Of a DNA stretch of 64,000 bases, positions 49,101 to 59,620 are shown in pieces. The position numbers and the translations under genes are program-made. Every line of letters begins with the position of its first letter. Position 1 is the first letter of the stretch. Under the pieces are notes generated by a model that had not been told where the DNA came from, made no database searches, and worked only from the letters and a program-made list of their open reading frames with translations. Source of the DNA: Mytilus californianus (Eukaryota); the NCBI RefSeq assembly GCF_021869535.1, contig NW_026262593.1, positions 50,964,001-51,028,000 of the forward strand. Direction: 5' to 3'.

Positions 49101-50700
49101 ACCATTATCTGGTTTTTGAACAAGCCCAATTGGAGAAATTCGCAGTGTCTGTATAGGTTTGTTTGAAAATAGACCCAAAATCCTACCAAGTTTGACCTCG
49201 TCCTGTTACTTTGCTAATGTTTCGGACTTGTAAATTTCTGCAGAGAATCTTTAATGCCTCTATTGAACTGGACACTTCAAAACAACACTATGAGAAGGCA
49301 GATCCTTACAAGATATTGGTTTTGTTGTTGTTAGACTTACATCATTTATGCCATACTAGTAAAAATTTATTACGGTAGTTGAAATACGTGGACCTCCATA
49401 TTGTAACCTTAAGCCAAAAATAAACCCCTCAAGCAGGAGTTAGGCATCTACACTATTTGTATAATCCCCAAGATACTTTTTTAATTCTATTGTGTTTATA
49501 TCAATCTAAATTCTATACAAAATTAACAACACGAACAAGGTCATAAAAATATAACATAATATCTCTTAAAGATACAAATAGAAACTTTTGTCACAACTGT
49601 ATTGCATTCTGTTAAAGAATCACTTCATATATTGACCAGTATACGATTTCGTATTCTGATTGTTTGGATACTGCAACGAGTTGCTAACACGTGCCTGCAA
49701 TCTCACTCTAAATCTTGCATTTCCGCCTGCCCTATTAGGAAAACGGTTTGTCTTGAGCACTGAATAAGTGGGTGCTGATCAAAACATCTTAAACAAGAAT
49801 GAGTATAAGCACATGATTGATTGACGTATGTACCGTGGTAATTGAATGCATAACATTTAAAGCGCCCCGTGCTTATTGGTGCATTACTAATAGCAGACGG
49901 AGGATACATGTAGAGGAGCCATAGTTCAGAGTCAACAACAGCCCAAGAACCAGCTGGATCCTGCGACATTCTGAGGCGAAATTGTTCATTGTACGATTTC
50001 TACCCTAGTGCGCATCGCTTAGCGCCTAGCCGTATACTATGCATGTACTTGAGTAATTCTTGACAAACATGCGGGTATGCAGTACAATATATACTTATAT
50101 AGACTAAAAATTCATCTGTCCAGTTATCTATGGTGTCAATTTTGGTTGTATTAAAAGTTCTCCCTGGAAAATAAAGACTTTCTGTTTATCCCAAGAAGAG
50201 GCTTGCGAATTAACTGATAGTAACATGAGTAAGGCCAGGTCAATATATTTTCCTGCAATTATTTTTTTGTCGCAAGTTTACAGTGATAATTTCTTGCCAG
50301 GTCATCACTGGACTTACTGCACGGAGATAGGGTTTGATAAACTGGAATATTAACTGATTGAGTAATGGGTTCAATAGAAGTAGCGGTTTGGTGACCGGAG
50401 CCATAGACACAACCTCTGAACTGAGTGAAGTGGTTATTACTGGAATGTATGTAAATCTGCTTCAAACACCCGTATCTCCACCAATTTTCGGACGCAGAAC
50501 AGTACTCTTAGCAGCAGGAGCCACATTGTCGCTTCTTCTTTTAGGAGCTACTCTCTTCCTACTAGATGCCCTAAGCATTTTAAACTGAAAAAGACCAGAT
50601 ATAATAAATCATGTAAAAATATATGATCATATATGATTTAAAACAATGTAAAAGAAACAAACAAACATCTACTGATTCTGTTGTGGCTGGTCGAGACTCA
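46157..50700 (-). mobile_element. Ngaro/DIRS-type tyrosine-recombinase retrotransposon (gag, RT, RNase H, YR, SGNH hydrolase), decayed
   Basis: Motifs: gag DSELWLLYM and C-rich finger (49703-50580), RT ISPIGLV.K, KIDIRHAFR and YLDD (48425-49200), RNase H LFTDSSG..GCGAY and DISFLELVPI (about 47800-48200), YR FRVGE, SKTD, SFRIG and GRWKS.AY.RY (46760-47605), SGNH WIIGSSII and DGVHL (46157-46700). The 5' boundary is approximate, and it is interrupted by a repeat at 48232-48408. Confidence 0.88.
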
Positions 50701-51589
50701 AAACACGAAAAAAAATAAGATTTGCTATCCACCTTAAACAAACAATATTTTGTATTCTGTATTCAATAATCCAGCTATCTTAAAAAATGTATGCATCGTC
50801 TGTATTTAATATCCAAAATAATGATAAATTTAAATAAAGAATCTTGTGCTCAATATAAACTAATTCAAAATATCAAAAATGCATATTGAAAAGAAATATT
50901 AGGAATAATAAGATTTAGAAATAAACTATTTCTCTCAGTACGACGACAAAACCTGACCATGCCGTCTGCTGAGAATATACAAACTTTGCCTTGACGCTTC
51001 GACAGTTGTAACCATCGAGTCAAAATAAACGATAATTAAATCTTTGATAAAGATTATTTGAAACAGTTTTAAAATTTTAAAGTTTTTAACAACTTATGTG
51101 TCAGATTGATGTAGATTTGATGTAGATATTTTCTATGGCTAAAAATGCTCCTTGCATACATTTAATAACTCCATAGTTTTTCTCCTTTATTTTATGGTTC
51201 TTTGCTTTTCCAATCAGGACAAATAGTTAATATCCAGTATCACTGCACAGAGATTTTTTTATGTACATTAGATATATTGACCCATAAGCCATGACTAGAA
51301 CGGGACAGAGGATATGCTACTGCTGAAAACGAGAAGTGCGCAATACGAACTCTCAAATTATCATGCTTGTCATTGATACCAGTTCTATATCTGTCAATAT
51401 CAATAAAAAATAAAAAATGAAGCACGATCATTGCAATTCCAACAAAAATGTGGGCGAATGAGTGGACTTCAATATATATATCTGTAAGTAAAAATAAAGA
51501 ATTTTGCTAGAGTTTTATTTTTCATGTTGTCTTTCAAAAGATTGTTTTATGATTTCTGATTCATAGGAGTACTTTAACAATTCAGTCAA

Positions 51590-51745
51590 TTGGGGTTTAC
51601 AATAAATTTCTTGGAATACGCTTGAGAATCTGTAATGCCTTTATGGAACTGAACACTTCAAAACAACACTATGAGAAGGCAGATCCATACACGATATTGG
51701 TTTTGTGTGTCAGACTTACATCATTTATGCCATACTAGTAAAAAG
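51590..51745 (-). mobile_element. Second fragment of the DIRS/Ngaro RT N-terminal region
   Basis: It aligns to about 49215-49365 (ACACTTCAAAACAACACTATGAGAAGGCAGATCC...GACTTACATCATTTATGCCATACTAGTAAAAA). Confidence 0.85.
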
Positions 51746-51929
51746 TAAAATAACAAAAACTACAAGGAAAATTCAAAACAAAAATATCCTTTATCAGATG
51801 GCAAAATCAAAAGCTCAAACACATCAAACGAATGGAAAACAACTGTCATTATCCTTACTTGGTACGGGCATTTTCTTATGTAAAAAATGTTGGATTAAAC
51901 CTGGTGTTATAGTAATAGTTTTGTTAGAT

Positions 51930-53290
51930 TAGTATCTGTTATATTTAACTTTCTCAACATATCTATTCATGCTCGACTTTTTGAACTTCTCAATATGAGT
52001 ATTCTACATTTGTGTACATAATGATACTCGAGAATAATTTATGGTAGTGAAGTCTGGGGTTTGGTAATAATTCGGTTATAGAAAGGGTTCATATGAAATT
52101 CTGCAAACTTTTGCTTAAGGTTAAAAATTCTACACCTAATTTTATGATATATGACGAATTGGGCAGATATCCTTTGGACATTGATATAAAACTCCGTATA
52201 ATTAACTACTGGACAAAATTATTGTCTGTAAAACAAGAAAAAACTTCCTACAATTCTATACAAGTACTCATTGTATAAATATAAAAATGATATTACCTGG
52301 TTAAAAAATGTTAAATCCATTCTTGATGAATCTGGTTTGTCATTTGTGTTGGATACCCAATATTTTGTAAGTGTAAGTGAGTAAGTAAGTAAGTAAGTAA
52401 GTAAGTAGATCATTTATTATAGTGACATGTGTACATTAGTATAAATAATATTACATAATAATAAGACAATGATTATTTTAAATTACACCCGGCCCGTTGG
52501 ACCTATAAGTCACTTTAAACTTAATGTTCATATTTTCAATAAGCAAAATAAATGCGAAATTGTTACTTGTAAAGAAGTTCTTTCCTTTTACAGAAAACTA
52601 AATTCAAATATTTGGCTGTTTGTCTTTGATGAAACGTCATCAAAGACGTAAGTGATACATGGCTATATACTATTGTTAAACAAACTCTTGTTGATCAATT
52701 TTAACAGAAATGGCACACTAACGTGCTAGAATCGCCAAAAGCTTTAAAACTATCAAAAGTATAAAGAAAACTGTGAATTTGAATATTATTTTAAAAATTC
52801 AGATGATAGAAATATTATAACATTAAATGTATGTAGATTAAGAACAGGAAATCATAGATTACCTATTGAGACTGGTAGATGGCAAAATGTTGCAAGAGAA
52901 AATAGAAAATGCTTACTTTGTAACTCTGGCGACATCGGAGATGAATTTCATTATATTTTTATATGTTCTGTATTGAATGATGGTCGTAAACAGTTATTAA
53001 GAAAAAGATATACAAATCAACCAAATTCATTGAAATTTAATGAACTGATGAATAATAAAAATCTTTCTGATCTTAACAACTCGCGCAAATTTATAAGACT
53101 AGTCAATATGCATGTAGGCTCTCCTGGGTAACTCATGTACTTGATATCATTTAGTTTAATATGTATACTGTGATTTATAATATTTGCCTCTCTTGTTTTC
53201 GTATAAATTTGTATGTATGCACATATACATATATGTAATATTTATTGTGTGTATCTCTATACCAATGTAATTTGGTTTTTTGAGATATAA
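51930..53290 (+). mobile_element. 3' portion of an L2/CR1-group LINE, decayed
   Basis: Motifs are IYGSEVWG, HMKFCKLLLKVKNSTPNFMIYDELGRYPL and RLRTGNHRLPIETGRW...RKCLLCNSGDIGDEFHYIFIC. Confidence 0.85.
52374..52647 (-). mobile_element. Short retroposed insert with AATAAA plus (ACTT)n tail, nested in the LINE, 7-bp TSD
   Basis: GTAAGTG occurs at 52367-52373 and 52648-52654. Removing the insert restores the host frame YFVS-DTWL. Confidence 0.75.
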
Positions 53291-54267
53291 AGATATGGTA
53301 TTCGTCTTGTTTTACTGGGTTACAAAGCTCTGCTTTAAAAATGTTTCAGTTGTGCCTTGTCCGGTCTGAATGGAAAACACATTGTGACTAACTGTCATTT
53401 TTTTTATAAGTATAATATAATATGCTTATAACATTAAATCCATTAAGACCATTCACGGAAAAGTCATTTATTGATATTTTTCTTGACAATGGATTTTAAC
53501 ATAAACATTTTTTTTAATAAAGAAGATAATTATGCAGGTGTTTAAAGTTTTTTTTTAATTTCGAACATAACAATTCTTTAAAGAAAGAGTTGACTCGGAT
53601 AAAGACATAAGGGCACCTGAACTATCTCCATCCGTATATTAAATCTGTATCAATGAGGACTCTTGCCTAAGCATGTTGTTTAAATACTCAGCTACCTCAT
53701 GATGGAATTAAATATTTTATCCATATGAAATCGATTTGTCAAGTATATTTACACCTCCTTCAGCTAACATACACTAACCTTTTTGCATGTAGTTTTCTGC
53801 TATATTGGCAAGTCCAGGGTACCTTTTTGTATTCCAAAGTCACAACATTAAATGATCATGATGAATAAAACCTTAATTAAATATTTCAAACACAAGGTAA
53901 AACTGAATTCTTTTTTGAAACCTCATTGTAAATGCGATTTTAAATCCAGGTTAAATTCGAAGTTAATGCAAACGAAAGTAGTTAAAATTTATAATCAATC
54001 CGACTCTATCCTTTTAGTTAGATAACGTTATATAAATCAAAAGGTTATTTGTATTTCATACCACTAGATATGTTTTATTTGAATTTTTTTTTTTACATAT
54101 CAAGCTATATTTACTTAGATAAATCTAGTTTGGGAAGGGTTATGGAAAGCCAAAACTGATTATGTTGCACTTTTACATACGTGATGTGGTTTTAATATTA
54201 CTTAATGCTGTTTTGATAGAACTCAATATGGTATCGTGACTTCTTAATGAAATATTGATATTAGTTT

Positions 54268-54790
54268 CATAGTATGCTAGTGACCTAATACGATATATAT
54301 ATATATGGGGTCAGTAAATTCCATATGGGATGAGAGAGATGCCCTTATCCCCACAAGGAATTTCATTACCATATATATATATCGTATCAGGTAACTAGCA
54401 CACTATGTAACGAATTTATCTTACCGACTATCTTAACATGTGTTATTTATACTAGTGGCCGATTTAAGTGATCAAGTCTTTGATACCGTAAGTATTAAGA
54501 ACCTACTTCCATTGGTCTATTCAAAAACAAATGCCGACAATAACAACTTAATAGCTTAAAATGTGTTCTATGAATTTATTTTTAATCGTTTATCATTAAT
54601 TTCTTCGTCTGTTGAAACCTTTCAGATTTTTCCTCAACGCCTTGTCGTTTTTATAAAGGGATGTAACACCACTACTAACCGTGTATTGAAATAAGCTCCG
54701 CCTACTAACCCAATATGGAATATACACGGTTTCTACGCTGTTGCTTTAACCAATCAAATTCCCAGAAATGTAAAGGAGGTAAGATAAATT
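54268..54790. mobile_element. Non-autonomous element: 140-bp foldback hairpin plus 13-bp inverted repeat
   Basis: The hairpin spans 54268-54407 (TGCTAGT.ACCT.ATACGATATATATAT / ATATATATATCGTAT.AGGT.ACTAGCA). AATTTATCTTACC (54413-54425) is inverted at 54778-54790. Confidence 0.75.
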
Positions 54791-55602
54791 ACATTACATG
54801 TTTCCCCATTGTTTTCTTTTGTCATTATATGGTATGGTGTTAACATAACTAAATGATGTTTCAATATAAGTTAATTTGGTTTTAGCTTATTTAATAATGT
54901 TTTGATATTATTCAATATGGTAAAGTCGTTCCTTTATAAAATGTTGATACAAGATGATATGGTTGTGTAATGACTTAATGTTGTTTTATTATTACTTTAT
55001 ATGACTTTAATATTATTTAATATGGTTGTAACATCAGGCAAAAGAGACGAAAGATACCAAAGGGACATTCAAACACACAAGTCGAAAACGTGGTTTAGCA
55101 TTTCATAACGTGTGTGTGGTTTTAGGTAGATGTTCCATTGCATCGTAAGGTTTTTATATTTTGTTATGATGATCTGTCAATTGGTAATACGGCTTCGAGT
55201 ACGATTTGAGTCCAAGATCGGGTTGAACGTCGAGTGAGAATGCGATTTATTTGATTTAAGTTAGTGTTTATATTTCCAATAGTAGATCCAGGACTTTGAC
55301 ATTTTGTTTGCCAAAACGGTAGTTAAAACATGAGAAAATGTACATAAAAGCACCATCTTGCAGACATATTCCCGCTCCTTGGTCTGTCCACTATTTTTTT
55401 CAAAGCTCAAATGGAAGCAGCAATATATTTCAAAACTCAATCGACTTCAAGTTTTTAGTCATCAACTGATATATTTAAATTAAGTCACGTTATAAGTTAC
55501 CATTCGGAGAGGATTAACCGACAGATTAAAATTCAATTGCAATGTAAATTACTTAATGAATGTATGAGTTTCTCTAAACTTATGCTTTGTATATAACAAA
55601 TT

Positions 55603-55850
55603 CGATCGGCCAAGTGTTCTAAGTTGTCCAACTACCGTATCAAAAGTCTGTGAACACTAATGTTGAAAGTTCGAATCCGCACGTGACAGGTGCTTTCGAC
55701 TCCAATCTAAATTGACTAAGATTTCAGCCTTCCTGCCGTAGGTCGATGGTTCTCTTCGGGCACTCTAACGTCCTCAACCAATTAAAACTGATTATCATGA
55801 AATAGCACAATAGTATTGAAAGTGGCGTTAAACACAAATCAATCAATCAA
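55603..55850 (+). mobile_element. tRNA-derived SINE, decayed
   Basis: It has an A-box-like GGCCAAGTG (55608), a B-box GTTCGAATCC (55669-55678), and a 3' end GAAAGTGGCGTTAAACAC followed by an (AATC)n tail. Confidence 0.7.
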
Positions 55851-55854
55851 ACAA

Positions 55855-55935
55855 AATAGCCTTCGGCTGTTTTCTGCTCTATGGTCGGGTTGTTGTCTCT
55901 TTGACATATTCCCTATATCAATTCTCAATTTTAAA
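55855..55935 (+). repeat. Terminal fragment of the Naiad pseudo-LTR
   Basis: It matches 10413-10488 (GCCTTCGGCTGTT.TCTGCTCT.TGGTCGGGTTGTTGTCTCTTTGACATATTCCC). Confidence 0.85.
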
Positions 55936-56282
55936 ATGTATCAATCATTAAGTAATGACAAAACCTTATAAAGTCATCTCACAACCATATAACGTAGCAT
56001 CAAAATCTCATTAAGTAATACCAATATAATATTTAGTAATGCAAAAACAATATTTCGTATCCTCGTAACTATAGCATGTTGTGACAAAATATCATCATGT
56101 AATTATAAAACTTAATCACGTTATCAATTTTAATTTTATGTTAGAGCGCTAAATAGGTCACCTTTGGCGTTCCATAAAAGTCATACATCTATTATCTTCT
56201 TTAAACATCGTGATCATTACAAGGGTCTAAATATAAATATAAGGAAGGTATACATTTTAACTTTCTCTTCATATTTAATACC

Positions 56283-56999
56283 ATGTCGGGTCTTAGTGCT
56301 GGATTATCAACATTCGCCAGCTGCAACAAAGGAGGTTCAATTCCTCATTTTACGCGGCACTTGCAAAGCCATCCAAATAATTTTGAAGCTTTGACGTGGC
56401 GTGGAAGAGCATATAGTATCATTGGTCAAAAGGATGAAGCATTGGCCGACTTCCGACGAGCGGAAATGCATGGTGTTGGTCCACAAAGGTACCTAGCAGC
56501 GTCGCTGAGGTCCTCCGCGGAAGGAAATGGACAAAAATCAATACAGGCATTATTAAATGCAGTGAAAGCATATCCAAAATGCGGTGAAGCTTGGAGTGAA
56601 ATTGGTTCCCTACAGTTTTCTGCCAAGGCACACGACGAGGCATTACCAACGCTAATAAAAGCTATATTTTGGGGAATCAGAACAGTGAGACACAAAGGCC
56701 ATGGTATTATTGGTCAAACCAACATGTCGGCGACATTTATTATACAAAACATCAAGTACCAAACGCAGAACCTTACTACAATACGGCTGTTACTTCATGC
56801 AACACATTTACCATTGCTCATCTTGGAATAAGCAGATGCAATATTATCAACAAGAATATACCCGAGGCAAAGATGCGCTTTCAGACAGCAAAAGAGTTAA
56901 ACCCAATACTTGTTCAATGGGGAAACTTTGCTGAATTTGAAAAATGTGTTGTTTCAGATTTTTACAAATCTGATACATCTACTGGTCAACGTAATCATG
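56283..56999 (+). CDS. TPR/toxin-like gene, exon 1 (TPR repeats), with a 1-nt frameshift at about 56667-56674
   Basis: The start context is ACCATG. TPR-like helices are FEALTWRGRAYSIIGQKDEALADFRRA, EAWSEIGSLQFSAKAHDEALPTLIKA and, after the shift, HVGDIYYTKHQVPNAEPYYNTA and AHLGISRCNIINKNIPEAKMRFQTAKELNP. The donor G|GTAAGT is at 57000. Confidence 0.75.
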
Positions 57000-58080
57000 G
57001 TAAGTCTCTCAATTTTGACATTTTTTGCTGTGTTGGTGATTGCAGAAGTGCAAAAAACAAACCGTATAATTCTGTCACTAAAGTTTTGCCTAATCATTAA
57101 TAAGAATTGATTCCCAAACATTTTAATTCTTAGTACCAATTGAAAGTGACAATCCTCAATATATATATACATTTATATTTCTCTAATTCTTTGGCAATTT
57201 AACCCTTTTTGAACCTATTGTTTAAAAATAAATAATCAAGGTTTAGTTGCTGATTATCTGAGTAGATGATTGGTAAAGATAAAAGGTAATAAATTTTATC
57301 AGCTCGAAGGACCTGTTAGAAAAATTGATCTTTTACTACAGGGAAATTAAAGCGTTTTTTATCATTTTTTTTCTCCATTTGATCTAGATATGCATAAATG
57401 AAGTGTTTCCGCATCAATTTTGTATGACGTAGAAATGAGGAATGTTAAGGAACTCGAATGGGAATTGATTTACCAATTATGAAAATTTATTTGATATGAT
57501 CATTAGAGAAACATATTCTTACATTGTTACTCATGGATTATAGGATTTATCCAATCTTGATGGGTAAATTATCTAATGTTAACGTCACCGACGAGGCTCG
57601 GACTTAAAAATTAGATAATTAAACTATCTCAATTTTATAAATCCAATGTTAGAATCTATATGTATAAAAGTCTGAAGAAAATTACAAAATAAATGAACCA
57701 GTTAAACTGAATCACAGTCGGTCATGACTATAAGATATTCATGGTCATCATTTTACAGCATTATTACTAAAGAAGGAAATTTGCCAGGTTGTCAGAAAAA
57801 GCACGACCCCCAACCTGTAAGATATATAGTTTCATGTATGCAGATTGTTCTCTAAGTAGCATAATTATACATTCTTTTGTACTCGGAATATGTGTGTGGT
57901 GTACACACGGACAAATTTGTCAATACCATACGATGCACCTTAATTGTATTATATTTTTATTCTAGTTATCTATCATTTATTGTTATTTTGAGATCATTAT
58001 GATATAAATGTTTTTAATTTTTTTTGTTTTCTCTTCTATTCGGGATCTAATGTAAATAAAAGTTATTGCTAATTTTTAAG

Positions 58081-58254
58081 GTGAAGCGACTTCTTCCGTA
58101 GAATCACAGTTTTCCAAAGTCACCATTTCTGAAAAAAATGCCGCTAGTGGATACTCATCATCCAACAGGGTTGTCGGTGCTAGGCAAGGTAAAGTTGGTA
58201 GTAATGGTGGTGGAAATAGAGGCGGCGGAGGAGGAAATGGAGGAGGCAATGATG
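58081..58254 (+). CDS. TPR/toxin-like gene, exon 2 (Ser/Gly-rich linker)
   Basis: TTTTTAAG acceptor and G|GTAAAA donor, 174 nt, phase 1/1. It encodes GEATSSVESQFSK...GSNGGGNRGGGGGNGGGND. Confidence 0.75.
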
Positions 58255-59267
58255 GTAAAAACAAAACGGATACATTTAGTTACTTAGTTGTACTTGAATT
58301 GGTATCAGAGACAGCGTCTGTTATCTACTGAGTATTCCTTACCATATAATTGATTTCATGCATCTGAACATCTGAAGTGTATCCTCTACAATTTAATCAG
58401 CACAAAGTATGGCCTTTTAAGCAACCACTGACATGTTAAATTCTGTTACATTATGTATGACAGTTTATGTGTTCTAGCCCTGAATTATGTGGTTGTAGTT
58501 TATTGTTATCTGCCTATTGCTATTAATACAGCTACTTACAGTTTTTGTTGTTGAATTTTCAGCATTAATAAGGCTGCTGGGTTTTTTGCTTGAATTATTT
58601 AAACTTTTACCAAACCGAAGCCTTTTATAGATTATTATACGCTACCGTATTGGGTTAGTTCTTGTAAAATGCTGAATGGACTTAGTTGACTCAAATCACA
58701 AATGGTACCAGTTCAAATAATAGAAAAGAAATGTATGACGGTCCAAGTTGTCATCATAGATTGTCCAAGTTGTTTCTATATGCAGTCCGAGCTGTCGTTG
58801 AATTGATTTGTTACCGGGGTTGTTTTTTTTTTCGTTTGAAAGTTAAGGGAGAGTACATATAGGGCATGCATAGTGGCAAGATACATTTGTTTCCAGATTA
58901 GCTTAAAAATTTGACAGATTATGATGATTTTGCGTTGATTCATGCGCATGGGAAAATAGTCAAATAAATTTTGAAAAGAACTTAGATCAATTTAATATAG
59001 CTGCCGAAAGATTGTATCTGTATAGGTTTCAAAGGTATTTTAGCTATTTGCAAGACGTTCAATTGACTAGCAACGAAAAGGCATTGTAGTAGATGACAAA
59101 ACTTTCAGTAAGTGGTTTATGAATAAGATGCGAAAGAACAAATGTCTAGATTCTATATTCTAAAATTATCAGAAATATGTGGGTGTGGATATGATTAAGA
59201 TCGGTTTTATAAATATCCTTATAATCCTCATTCTTTAAAACTCAACTTCATATCTCTACATTTGTAG

Positions 59268-59620
59268 GAGGTGATGACGACGATTACGTGTGGAATAAAT
59301 TTAGAAAGACATCAAAAATGACCAAAAAGCATGATGATGGAAGGCAATTCAAGAGAATAGGTGACTCTAAGTATTGGCTGTCTAGAGACAAAGCTGGTCA
59401 TGGTGGGTCTTTTTTCAAGGTCTTTATTGAAAAGGGAAACACATTAGATTTTATAGGATCAGTACCGATAAGAATTTTCCACGAAAAGGTCATTACAGAT
59501 GAGTCGTATCTATTACGCATTTTACACGAAGGTTCTAAGCTTGAGGATTTCAATCTACTTCCAAAACAAGAGTCCCACAAAGGCGAACAGATAAAGATGA
59601 AAGATCTACATGGAGTGTAA
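59268..59620 (+). CDS. TPR/toxin-like gene, exon 3 (putative polymorphic-toxin-like RNase domain)
   Basis: TTTGTAG acceptor in matching phase, with an open frame to TAA. It encodes GDDDDYVWNKFRK...KYWLSRDKAGHGGSFFKVFIEKG...ESHKGEQIKMKDLHGV. Confidence 0.8.

Noticed and set aside
53590-53700. Minus-strand YTDGDSSGA peptide resembling an RNase H or transposase acidic motif
   Set aside because: It is too short, is preceded by a stop, and has no supporting flanking motifs.
58076-58264. Proline-rich minus-strand ORF (MFLPSLPPPFPPPPP...)
   Set aside because: It is the antisense shadow of the Gly-rich exon 2 of the TPR/toxin-like gene.
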